Shown one piece after another: positions 24,734 to 37,160 of a stretch of 64,000 nt of DNA. This DNA comes from Macrostomum lignano (Eukaryota), in assembly GCA_002269645.1 (NCBI GenBank), contig NIVC01000708.1:401453-465452 (forward strand), given 5' to 3'. The stretch's first letter is position 1. The number at the start of each line of letters is the position of its first letter. The notes under the pieces were generated by a model, which searched no databases, was not told the origin of the DNA, and was given only the letters and a program-made list of their open reading frames with translations. The position numbers and the translations under genes are program-made.

Positions 24734-26773
24734 ATGGCCGCTAACATGTACCGCGTCGGAGGTAAGAGCCTCATTTCTTTATGCACGCTTACTAACCCAT
24801 GTTTTTGCGTTCTATTGAATCTGCTAGCACAATTTCATATTAGTAAAGTTTCAAGCACAAGTTTAAGAGTTTCCTGCTCTTCTTTCTAATAGATATTCTA
24901 TAATCTACTTTTTATTTAAAAAATACACTTCAAATCATTGGATTTTTCTCATCTGATGAGCGCACGTAGAGAGCCTCAAAGTCTACCCTTGCAGCTTTTT
25001 CTGCCCTGCTTCAGCGCTACGACGGAGCAAAACGAGTGCGAGGGCTAGATAGAATAGGCTTAATGCTGCAAGGTGTTAGTTGAGAATGAGAAAGAATGTG
25101 TTAGACTAACATTAAGAACTCTTGGCAGATAATAAGATTTATTTATTCACCATAGGCTAAACATTTTAAAAAATAAGTCTCACTCACAAAATGATTTAGG
25201 AATCAAAGGCATATCATATCTCTAGAACCTATGGCCTATGCCTATGGGCTATGGCTATGCCTTAGATAAATAGAACCTGCTGTATATGATAGCTAAATTC
25301 TAAAGTGTTAAAAAATACAATTTATATTAAACCTATACATTATTATAAAAATTAGAAAAAATAAAAATTAAAGTAGTATTAAAAATATAATATGCCTATC
25401 TATCAGACCTTATAAAGTTATATACAATTTTGTAACCTAACCTATTATAGCTAGGCCTATTAGGCCTTAAGCTAAGGCTAAATTTGAAAAAATATATATA
25501 GATATGATATTTCAACAAATTATAAATTAGGTCTAAAAGTAAGGCAAATACTGAAATAGGTAATTTAAAAGTAACTTTTTCCTTTTTAATAAATATAAAT
25601 CTTAATTGAAGTCTGTTTTTATAATATATTCCTTTTTCTTTCCTAAGGATAGCTTATACCTTTCAACCCTCTAGGAATATAAGTGCATATTAGGATTAAT
25701 ATTGTGGGGGGAGATATTAATCTATATCCAATGTTAGCAATAGAAGCAAAATACAGAAGCAAAAAAAATTGTCCCCATTTTAAGGGCCAAGGGGGGCATG
25801 TCTTTAGTGTCCCCCTATGGCTATATGTATAAATAAAGACTATCTTAAACGAAAGCTATAATCAAAGATTTATATACTATAAATTAGGCTAAAAAGAATC
25901 ATTTTTTATAAACATTTCAAATTCTATTGGCTGCTTTCTATAGTTATTTATCACTTTTTTAAATTGCTTTTTGATGTAAAAATAATCAATAAAGGCTTTT
26001 TGTATTTTTTAGAAATCATAAACCAATGCAATTTTGGCTGAAATTGTACATAACTCTTTACCTTCAACTCTTTATCCTCTTTATAATACCAAATCCCAAA
26101 GGCCACAATCTTTGCTTTTTATATACCTAACAAAAAAATGGTTTCTTATAACCTAGCTCATGATAAGCCTATCACAGTCTACAAAACTTCCTTGAAATAA
26201 ATCTTTAGCTCCATATTTTATATAATCCATATAGATTTAAAGTAATTCTTTTATATTGGGACAAGCTGTTGAAACCTGCGGATTTTGAACCTGGGGAATT
26301 CCAATACCTGGAACTACTTTTGCATGTATTCTGAAATCTAAGGCCATACACAAACAAATTAATGATAGTAGGATAGAGGTAGAAATAAAATGGAGCACAT
26401 TCGTGTAAAATTAGGGTTTGAGGCAAATGTTGATATTGTTTGCTGGGGTACTCCACAGAATGCCAGGCAATGTCTGTCTGACTCTAAAACATGTATTGGC
26501 AAACTCTGGCCTCTCCCTGACTCTCCCTACGTCCCTTGGATCCTTTAAAATTTCTATCGTCTCTCTGTTTCCTTTCTTCTCTCTCATCCCTCGTCTCTCC
26601 TCTCTCTTCTCTCTTCTCTTCTCTCGTATCTTCCCTCATCTCTCTTCTCTTTCATCTCTCTTATCTCATCTCTTCCCTATTCTTTTCTCTCTCCTCTCCT
26701 CTCTCCTTTCTACTTTTCGTTTTCTCTCTGCTCTCCTCTCTCCTATCTACTCTTTCGTTTTCTCTCTCCTCTC

Positions 26774-26823
<50 letters not shown>

Positions 26824-29800
26824 GTCTTTCTCTCTTATCTCTCCTCCTCTCTCTACTCTCTCCCCTCTCAATTCTCCTCTTTCCTCTCCTCTCTCCTCAC
26901 TCACTTCTCTACCTTTGTCTCTCCTCTCTCCTCTCGTCTCTGTAACCTCTCCTCTGTTCTCTCTACTCTCCCATCTCATCTCTGCTCTCTCCTCTCTACT
27001 CGCTCCTCTACTCTCTCCTCTTTACTCGCTCTTCTACTCTCTCCTCTTTACTTGCTCCTCTCTACTCTCTCCTCTCATAGTCCTCTCTCCCTCATCTCTC
27101 CTATTATCTTTTATCTTTTCTTTTATCCCCTCTGTCGCTTCTCCTCTCTTCGAATCGTCTATTCCTTCTTTCCACTCTCATCTGCCCCTCAGCTATGAGC
27201 TGGATTCTTTATCTGGCCTTTGAGGTAAAAGTCTGCCCATCCCTGCTTGGAAAGCCAGTTTGTGGAACGTAGTACTCTCATGGTTGTTCTCATGCTTTGA
27301 TCACGTCATCTTTCTTGCCAATTTGCAGCCCTGAAAGGAATTTGTGTATCTTCAGCTCCACTGCAGTCTGCATCAGTCTAACAACCAAGGAAATACGCAT
27401 TTCTTAGAAGGCCATTTAATATTTACACAGTACCTTTAAAAGAAACCTAAAATTTCCATGGTGTGCCTAATTTAGTAGGGTTGTATTGCATTGCATCGCA
27501 TCGCCTTTTCATAAATCTTTCGCTTTTACAAACCATGCTGGATAGTGGATTCCCTCGATTTGCCAATTGCCAATTGCCATCCACTGTTAAACTGCTGCAG
27601 AGTTTGCCAATACAGAGGGGAGGGTAGGGATTCCAATCCCGGGATCCCGGGATCCCGGGATCCCGGGATTGGGGCCAAAAATCCGGGATTTGAATCCCGG
27701 GATTTTTTTGGGAATCGAATCCCGGGATTTTTAATCCCGGGATTGCAAAAGACCGGGATCGGGATCCCGGGATTTCAAGGCCTTAATCCCGGGATTGGTC
27801 CGGGATTAGAACGACCTTTCAATGCCTAAATTAGATAATTTAAAGTCTAAACGTTTATTTGAATAATAAAACATTTATTTGTTTTTGCTGTTTCTCAATG
27901 AAACGTTAAACATTTGCAAAGCTCCTGTCCTAATTGAGCTAAAAATTGTTAATGTGAACTGTAAATTATAGATAATTTTAACTTTTTTTTCGTTTTCTAC
28001 CACGAGACGAGACTGAGGGCCTTTTCATATTGCTTGCTCTGGTTCCATAACAAGAACCAATTTGTGAAGTATAAACTTTTTGTCTCCATAACTAGAGGGA
28101 GATACGTGCTATAAAGTTTTTATTATTGAATGACAGTCGCCAAGAAGAAAGTGAAAAATTGTGCTAAGTGAGGCTGTTAAGGCAGTCAAATATTAACAGA
28201 GTTTAATAGTTATACTGCTGTTTTTCTTCGAATTCCGAACCGATTCTGGTTCTGGAATTGGTAATATGAAAAGGCCCTGAGACTCTGAGAGTCGCGAGAC
28301 CATGACTACTGCACGCGGCACGCCGCACAGTCCGTCTAGCAATTTAGGGATTCCAATCCCGGGATCCCGGGATCCCGGGATTGGGGCCAAAAATCCGGGA
28401 TTTGAATCCCGGGATTTTTTTGGGAATCGAATCCCGGGATTTTTAATCCCGGGATTGCAAAAGCACCGGGATTCCGGGATTTTGAATCCCGGGATTTCAA
28501 CAGCATCGGGATTTCGGGACTATTCAATCCCGGGATTGTAAAATGTCGGGATTTTGGAATCCCTAGGGGAGGGCAGTGGTTAGAATTTCTCACTAAACTG
28601 TTATGGCTAAACGTAGCCTCTCCACTCTCGGGGTGCAGAGAAGGTTATAAATAAAGTTATTCCAAAACACTGTACATTCGCTATGTACATTCAGTCCTAT
28701 CGCCTGACCCTTCGTCTGGCTCTGGGGGAATGAGTGAGTGAGTGGCACAAACAACAGAAAAAGCAGACAAACTTCACATGCTTACAGTTTCTTTTTTGGT
28801 TGAGTTACAGAGTTGAAACTTTACATTTAGACAGAGAATGAGTCAATGAAGAATTGTGTCAAGTTTGAAGTCAATCGCTTTACGTGGAGCAAACTTATGG
28901 CAGTCGAAAGTTAGTCAATTTTGAAACCCATTTTGCACATCTGGGCCCAGATCGGTATCGGGAAAGAGAGGCAGGCGGGCGGAGGTTGGGGTGGTTGCTA
29001 CGCTGAAAAAAACAGCCTAACTTTAAAAGTGCACAGCACCGCTCAGGATTAACTTTGATACTCGAAATTTTACATGATTGTGCCAAAATAGTTAAAGATT
29101 ATCTGTGTCAAATTTGAAGAGAATCGGTAGAAGTGGAGCGGCGCTATGGAGGATTAAGTGAAAAAATCGCGCATTTTGAGCAGTTTTTTGTACTTTTAGG
29201 TAGGAAGACTCAAATTTAGGAAATTTTAAGGTAGCCTAAGACATTCTCCGTAGTAAGTTTAGGGTGGGTGTAAAGTTTGGTGTCATTTGGTTGAGCGGTT
29301 TGGGAGTCCATAGCGAAGTAATTTGTCCACAGACAGACAGACAGACAGAGTTTTGATTTTTATATGTAGAGATTCTTGGGATTTCAAGACTTATATCCAT
29401 GGTAAATTAATAAATTTTGAGTAATCTGTAAATATGGAGTCTGCAAAGGCTTAGATTTGACTAAGATTAAGAACTCTTGAGAAGTCAAAGGCCCAACCAT
29501 GTAAAGGGTATGGTTAGTATTTTATTTGGTTATAAACTTTTGACTAATGCTAGCTGGCATCCCAAATTTTGATTTGGCTTGTTAGCCAACTTTAGAATTT
29601 GGACCTAGGATGCCAAATGGCACTGCGACTCTGATTATTGAATAAAATATCCAAGTTGTCACTGCTTCCTGAATTTTAAATATAGCATTTTTAAATACAA
29701 GCAATCCATGCAATGCGCAGTCACCAATTGATACAGAAGCAACGCCATTCAATTGCAGACTATGTGTACTTCGAGACCTCAGCCTCCGGACCATATCAGA

Positions 29801-32800
29801 TTCGGCGTATTGAGGAGCTTACAAAGACCCCAACTGGCAATGTGGAAGCCAAGGTTATGTGCTTCTTTAGGCGGCGCGACATTTCTAATAATCTCATTAG
29901 CCAAGCTGACAAGCATCTGAGTAAGCGGCGTTGCTTTTCATTTTTTTTCGACTATCCTATCATTTCATTTAGATCAGAAAATGTAGACAAACTGCAACAG
30001 GAATAGTAGAGAGCCTCATTTTGCCTATTTTAACCCTCTTGGGTCTATCTGAATGCTGTGTACTCCGGAATAAAGGTAGTAAACGTAGAGAGCCTCATCG
30101 TAGCGCCCGAGTGCGTGTGTTAGAGAAAAATTCGCATTAGACGAGATTTCGATTTTCGTCCAGCGCTGATGGGAAACTCCGATTGAATGGGAAAGTTTCA
30201 GCAGCTAGCGAAAGCAATTATTCCTGCTCCAAAAAAAGAACTGGCTTGTCAAAAGATGAGACAGACTGCTCCAAAGAAAGAACTGGCTTGTCAAGAGATA
30301 CAGACAGCCTGTCATAGACAAACTGTGAGAAGAGACAGACGATCCACAGCCGACTTGTTTATTTTATCGTAATTTCGCACGGTTCAAAATCCAGCTTAAG
30401 GCTGGTTAATCTCGCTGGACCCTGTCAGTGAGACTGGCAAACAGACAAGGTGAGACTGGCAAATAGACAGTGAGACTGGCAAACACACAGTGACACTGGC
30501 AAACACACAGTGAGACTGGAAAATAGACAGTGAGACTGGCAAATAGACAGTGTGAGACTGGCAAACACACAGTGAGACTGGCAAATAGGCAGTGTGAGAC
30601 TGGCAAATAGGCAGTGTGAGACTGGCAAATAGACAGTGTGAGACTGGCAAACACACAGTGAGACTGGCAAATAGGCAGTGTGAGACTGGCAAATAGACAG
30701 TGTGAGACTGGCAGGCATCACATTAAACCTCGACCGACCGACTGACAGCAGACGAAAGCACCTCTCGGGGAGCATCTCTCCGCCAGAAAAGCTTCCTACA
30801 GACGAGCCGTGCCTAATAGAGTCTTCCCTCCTCCCCTAGGCCTGGACGATGAGCCATCGGCAGCTGGCGAAGCCGAGGCGGCCAGCTCCGAGCCCAGCGG
30901 CGGAGGCCTCACGGAAGTTCAGCGGCACCAGCTGCGCCATCGAGAGCTGTTCCTATCCCGCCAGGTGGAGACCCTACCGGCCACAACCATCCGGGGAAAG
31001 TGCGCCGTGACCCTGCTGAACGAGACCGAGGCCCTGACCTCCTATCTGGCCAGGGACGACGCCTTTTATTACACCCTGACCTACGACACCGCGCAGAAGA
31101 GTTTACTGGCCGATCGCGGCGAAATCCGGGTCGGCGGCCGCTACCAGGCCGAGGTTCAACCGTTGCTAGGCGACGGAGAATCCGACGGCCGCGACCTGGC
31201 CCAGCTGGAGGAGCTGGTCTGGCGGCCAGATCACGGCCTGTCCGATGCCGACATTGACAAGTACCTGCTGGTGGCTCGGTCGGTAGGCTGCCTGGCCCGA
31301 GCTGTGGACGCCTGCAGCTCGGTGCGTCAGCCCGGACTGGCGGCTGCTGCGGCCGCGGCTAGTCGCGACTACACCCAGGTTTGTGGCAGGCTTACTTGGG
31401 CTTCCGGCGCTCTAGAGATATGAAATTCAATAAATAGGGATTTGGGTCCTCGGGACATTAATAATTCGGGATATAGGATGCGAGGAATCACTGGGATTCG
31501 GAAATTAAGATTCAATAGGGGATTCCGGGATTAGAATTCGAGATCTGGGGTTCGGGGATTAGGATTCGGAACCTGGGATTCGGGATCTGGGATTTGGGAT
31601 TAGGATTCGGAACCTGGGATTAGGGGATTTTGATTCGGGATCTGGGATTTGGGATTAGGATTCGGAACCTGGGATTCGGGATCTGGGATTTGGGATTAGA
31701 ATTCGGAACCTGGGATTCGGGATCTGAGATTTGGGATTAGGATTCGGAACCTGGGATTCGGGATCTGAGATTTGGGATTAGGATTCGGGATTAGGATTCG
31801 GAACCTGGGATCCCGGATCTGAGATTTGGGATTAGGATTCGGAACCTGGGATCCCGGATCTGAGATTTGGGATTAGGATTCGGGATTATGGATTAAAATT
31901 CGGGATTTGGGATTAGGATTCGGAACCTGGGATCCCGGATCTGAGATTTGGGATTAGGATTCGGGATTTGGGATTAGGATTCGGAACCTGGGATTTGGGA
32001 TTAGGATTTGGAACCTGGGATTTGGGATTAGGATTCGGAACCTGGGATTCGGGATCTGAGATTTTGAATTAGGATTCGGGATTTGGGATTAGGATTCGGA
32101 ACCTGGGATTCCGGATCTGAGATTTGGGATTAGGATTCGGGATTTGAGATTAGGATTCGGAACCTGGGATTTGGGATTAGGATTCGGAACCTGGGATTCG
32201 GGGATTTGGATTCGGGATTTGGGATTAGGATTCGGAACCTGGGATTTGGGATTAGGATTCGGAACCTGGGATTCGGGGATTTGGATTCGGGATTTGGGAT
32301 TAGGATTCGGAACCTGGGATTTGGGATTATGATTCGGAACCTGGGATTCGGGGATTTGGATTCGGGATTTGGGATTAGGATTTGGGATTAGGATTTGGGA
32401 TTAGGATTCGGATTCTGGGATTTGGGATTAGGATTCGGGATCTGGGATTAAGGGATTGGGATTCGGAATCTGGGGTTCGGGATTTTGATTCGGGATCTGG
32501 GATTAGGGAATTAGGATTCGGAATCCGAGACTTGAAGAAGAGGCTTGGTGAGTTCGTAGTTTTAGATTAGCATCCCTGTATTTGTTAGTGACTTTATGAC
32601 TTCTACAGCACAAAAGCATCAAACCGCCTCAAACTCGGCATTTCCAGGCCCACGCCTACCGAATGCTGCACTCGTCCAAGTACGATCTGGGCCGGGCCTT
32701 CTGCCGGCTGGTGACCGACTCTGGGCCCGTGCTGTGCCGCGACCAGCTGGAGGACTGGTCAGCTAGCGAGTGCAACCTGTTCGAGGAGGCCATGAACAAG

Positions 32801-34852
32801 TTCGGAAAGGACTTTAACGAAATTCGGCGCGACTATCTTTCTTGGAAATCTATGCGCTCGATAGTGGAGTACTTCTACATGTGGAAGACCACGGATAGAT
32901 ACGTGCAGCAGAAGCGCTTGAAGGCCTCGGAAGCTGAGAAGAAACTGAAGCAGGTTTGTTTGTTTACTTTTAGTTTTTTGGCATTAAAATGCTTCAATTA
33001 TTCAGTCGGCGCCAATTCTATTTATCTTTTGGCGTGAATTCTACCCAGCAAGAACCCCAATGCCCATCCCCAGGTGTACATTCCCAACTACACGAAGCCC
33101 AACTCCCATCCCCAGGTGTACATTCCCAACTACACGAAGCCCAACTCCCATCCCCAGGTGTACATTCCCAACTGCACAAAGCTTAACTCCCATCCCCAGG
33201 TGTACATTCCCAACTGCACAAAGCCAACTCCCATCCTCAGGTGTACATTCCCAACTGCACGAAGCCCAACCCCATCCCCAGGTGTACATTCCCAACTATA
33301 CGAAGCGCAACCCCATCCCCAGGTGTACATTCCCAACTATACGAAGCCCAGGTGAAAATTCCCAACTGCACGAAGCCAACCCCCCTTCTCCTGGTGTACA
33401 TTCCCAACTATACAAAGCCCAGATGAAAATTCCCAACTGCACGAAGCCAACCCCCTTTCTCCAGGTGTACATTCCCAACTATACGAAGCCCAGATGTAAA
33501 TTCCCAACTGCACGAAGCCCAACCCCATCCCCAGGTGTACATTCCCAACTATACGAAGCCCAGATGTAAATTCCCAACTGCACGAAGCCCAACCCCATCC
33601 CCAGGTGTACATTCCCAACTATACGAAGCCAAATCCCGGCGTGCTGTACAATCGGCCGGAGCTGCCGGGCTCCAGCCGCTGCTGCGAGAGCTGCTCAGGT
33701 ACTGCCACCTCCAACGGTCAGTGGTTCGCCTGGGGCCCCCCGCACCTGTCCTGCCGCCTGTGCTCATCCTGCTGGAACTATTGGAAACGGTACGGCGGAT
33801 TGAAGAATCCAACACGAGCGGAGAAGTCGCCCAGCCCGGCCCCGTCAGCTGCTAGCGGCGCCGGCAGCTCCGGCCGGGTGTTCCGCTGCCCGGTGGTGGA
33901 CTGCGACAAAGAGTTCCGCCTGCGGCCGCAGCTGGTGCGGCACGCGGCATCGGCGCACGGCCTTGACGAGGCCAGCCTGCAGAGCATGCAGGCGGGCAAG
34001 GTGAAGGCGGTGAAGAGCATGCTGATGCGGGCCAATGCCACCGCCCAGCTGGCCAGTCTGCTCTGCTCCGACCTGCTGCGCGTTCGCCGACTCGCCCGCC
34101 GCCCGTTCAACGCGGCCTTCGACGCCAAGCCGGCGCTGCTGGATCTGCCGAAGCGCTGCCAGGCCGACGGTCGGGGTGTTCAACAGCTGCTCGACGCGGC
34201 GGCCGCCAGGCGGGCCGAGCTGAGACGGCGCCGATGCAGCCGGCTGCCGCCTGGGCAGCTCGATGCCCGACTGCGCATCGCCTGTCCCTCGTTGGACACG
34301 GACGCGAAGCCGGACATCCTGCTCGAGCCCAGGTCGAGAGCCGCCGGGGAGGACGCGGCAACAAAGCACCGCGCGTTTGCTCCGGTCAGCTCGGCTCAGC
34401 TGGCCGAGTTCTTTCTGCAGCTGGACGAGCGCAGGGCCGCCGCCGCCGCAGCCCCGTCACCGGCTGCTCCGGCCGCCAACGGCAACTCGCTGATGCCTTC
34501 AGCGGCAACCGCCCGCAAGCGCAGCCAGCCGGAGCCGCAGCAGAACTGCGGCTTCTCGTCCGCCGCCAAAGTGCAGCGCCTGGACGCCAACGGCAACGGA
34601 AACGGCGAGGCCAGGCCGGTGAAGCTCGACTCGGCCGGAGCTGCAGCCGCCGCCGCCGAGGAGATTCTGCTGTTCGATACGAAGCGATTCCGGGCGCATC
34701 TGACCGGCGCCCAGCTGAAGCGGGCCGGCCGCCGGCCGTTCAAACTGCTGCCGGGCGCCAAGAAGCCGCCGCAGCCGGTCATCGGCGAGGAGCCACCCGT
34801 AGCGCGAGCCGCCCACGCTAACAGCAACGGCATCGCCGTGAAGTCTGCCTGA
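24734..34852 (+). CDS. MTA1: Metastasis-associated protein MTA (NuRD subunit: BAH-ELM2-SANT-GATA ZnF plus C2H2 finger), 760 aa; exons 24734-24761, 29759-29920, 30840-31378, 32648-32953, 33605-34852
   Basis: MAANMYRVG|[52 protein letters not shown]...[18 protein letters not shown]|VYIPNY and CESC...[17 protein letters not shown]. The exons sum to 2283 nt, in frame. Confidence 0.97.
26261..29373 (+). mobile_element. HINE/DINE-like element, copy 2, in MTA intron 1, interrupted by a hAT-type insertion
   Basis: Starts ACAAGCTGTTGAAACCTGCGG and ends ACAGACAGACAGACAGAG...TATATGTAGAGAT; homologous end to end with 5719-8345. Confidence 0.7.
27625..28565. mobile_element. Non-autonomous hAT-superfamily element, 941 bp, with an internal duplicated left end
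   Basis: 12-bp TIR TAGGGATTCCAA / TTGGAATCCCTA; 8-bp TSD GGGGAGGG at 27617-27624 and 28566-28573; subterminal ATCCCGGGAT motifs; absent from the homologous site in copy 1 (near 7555). Confidence 0.9.
30427..30712. repeat. 21-23-bp minisatellite (GTGAGACTGGCAAATAGACAG variants) in MTA intron 2
   Basis: About 13 tandem units. Confidence 0.93.
31520..32520. repeat. Degenerate ~41-bp GGGATT-based array in MTA intron 3
   Basis: GGGATTAGGATTCGGAACCTGGGATTCGGGATCTGAGATTT units and sub-units. Confidence 0.93.
33063..33604 (+). repeat. Tandem array of the MTA intron4/exon5 junction (29-42-bp units)
   Basis: Unit CCCATCCCCAG|GTGTACATTCCCAACTACACGAAGCCCAACT. CAG|GTGTAC occurs at 33074, 33116, 33158, 33200, 33241, 33282, 33323, 33465, 33535 and 33605. 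Confidence 0.97.
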
Positions 34853-35070
34853 GGCGGCTATGATTGAGGCTCTGCGAGATGCGAGTAGCTCGAGTGTAAC
34901 TATGAATTGACTGCAGCTGTGCTTGTTTAACACCTGCAGTGTAGCAATTGACTATTTCAATTTCGCCAGGTGTGATTTGTGCTGTTTTAATTTTCCGTTG
35001 CTTAATCTTATCGAAAAAAATCGCTAAAAATATCCGCAATCTGATAAAATCCGAACGGTCCCCATCGCTC

Positions 35071-35337
35071 CCCCATGACCTTGAGAATCACCCCAATGAC
35101 CTTGAGAATCACCCCAATGACCTTGAGAATCGCCCCAATGGCCTTGAGAATCGCCTAGCAAATGACCTTGAGAATTTCCCAAATGGCCTTGAGAATCACC
35201 CTAATGGTATTGAGAGTCGCCCCTAACGGCCTTAAAATCACATCGCCCCCTATAGCTTTGAGAATCGCCTCCAATGACCTTGAGAATCGCTCCCAATGGC
35301 CTTGAGAATCGCTCCAATGACCTTGAGAATCGCCCCA
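35071..35337. repeat. 21-bp minisatellite (CCCAATGACCTTGAGAATCAC) 3' of MTA
   Basis: About 11 degenerate units. Confidence 0.9.
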
Positions 35338-35892
35338 GCTCAACTCACCAATTATGATTACTAGTATAGCGCGGTCGTGTTTCGCAATTCGCCTGTGACC
35401 GGCAGTAACTTGGTGTCGGCTTAATATGTTTGTGACATTCTGCTTTTTTAAATAATAGAAACAGCGTCCGTTGTCTCAGTAGAATCGTTTTCAAACACTT
35501 CGCCCAATGAACTTGGCTATAAACAATACAAAATGTGTGAATGAATTTTGCATTTGTCTTCTGTTTCGCTTCATCTGCGTGTTTCCTGCGTTTGCCCCCG
35601 CTTACTGAATGTATCTCTGCGATGTTCTACTAATAGTAATAATAATGCAATTTTATCCTTGTCGTTTTAACATCCTTATGGCCTCGTAATCCAAGTTAAT
35701 TGCTACGAGTACCACCTGATCCGCTGCAAATAATTAATTCAAATTATCACTTGATCCTGTCCTGAGTGTTGTGTCTCAATAAACAGTTTGCTGTGAGCGC
35801 ACAGGCTTTGCGCTTGCTTTTAAACGTTTTAACAAAAATTGTCTCTGTGAGTAAAAACTGATTGACTTTCTACTTGTATTTCATTCTTCTCA

Positions 35893-37160
35893 GCAACAGC
35901 ATCATGCCTTTCAGCTACAGCATAATGTCACTTCAGCTACAGCATCATGCATTTCAGCTACAGCATCATGTCACTTCAGCTACAGCCTCATGTATTTCAG
36001 CTATAGCCTCATGTATTTCAGCTACAGCATCATGTATTTCAGCTGCAGCATCATGTCACTTCAGCTACAGCATCATGCATTTCAGCTACAGCATCATGTC
36101 ACTTCAGCTACAGCCTCATGTATTTCAGCTATAGCATCATGTCATTTCAGCAACAGCATCATGTATTTCAGCAACAGAATCATGTATTTCAGCAACAGCA
36201 TCATGTTTTTCAGCTACAGCCTACAGCATCATGTATTTCAGCTACAGCATCATGTATTTCAGCTACAGCATCATGTATTTCAGCTGCAGCATCATGTCAC
36301 TTCAGCTACAGCATCATGTATTTCAGCTACAGCATCATGTCACTTCAGCTACAGCATCATGTCACTTCAGCTACAGCATCATGTCATTTCAGCTACAGCA
36401 TCATGTATTTTAGCTGCAGCATCATGTATTTCAGCTGCAGCATCATGTATTTCAGCTGCAGCATCATGTATTTCAGCTGCAGCATCATGTATTTCAGCTA
36501 CAGCATCATGTATTTCAGCTGCAGCTTCATGTCATTTCAGCTACAGCATCATGTATTTCAGCTGCAGCTTCATGTCATTTCAGCTACAGCATCATGTATT
36601 TCAGCAGCAGCATCATGTCATTTCAGCTACAGCATCATGTATTTCAGCTACAGCATCATGTATTTCAGCAGCAGCATCATGTCATTTCAGCTACAGCATC
36701 ATGTATTTCAGCTACAGCATCATGTATTTCAGCTGCAGCATCATGTACTTCAGCTGCAGCATCATGTATTTCAGCTACAGCATCATGTATTTCAGCTACA
36801 GCATCATGTATTTCAGCTGCAGCATCATGTCATTTCAGCTACAGCATCGTGCATTTCAGCTACAGCATCATGTCTTTTTCGCTACAGCATCATGTCACTT
36901 CAGCTACAGCATGTATTTCAGCAACAGCATCATGTCATTTTAGTTAAAGCATCATGCATTTCAGCTGCAGTATCTCATCTTTTCAGCTATAGCATCATGT
37001 ATTTCAGATGCAGCATCATGTCATTTCAGCTACAGCATCATGTCATTTCAGCTATAGCATCATGTCATTTCTGCTACAGCATTATGCATTTCAGCTAAAG
37101 CATCATGTCATTTCAGCTACAGCATCATTTCATTTCAGCTACAGCATCATGTCATTTCAG
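35893..37160. repeat. 21/22-bp minisatellite (TTCAGCTACAGCATCATGTAT / ...GTCAT)
   Basis: Dozens of tandem units over about 1.27 kb. Confidence 0.95.

Noticed and set aside
33074-33618. Independent small genes in MTA intron 4
   Set aside because: All these ORFs are readings of the duplicated splice-junction array.
35862-37098. Overlapping FQLQHH / ISATASC repeat ORFs
   Set aside because: A 21/22-bp minisatellite read in several frames; no splice or codon evidence.
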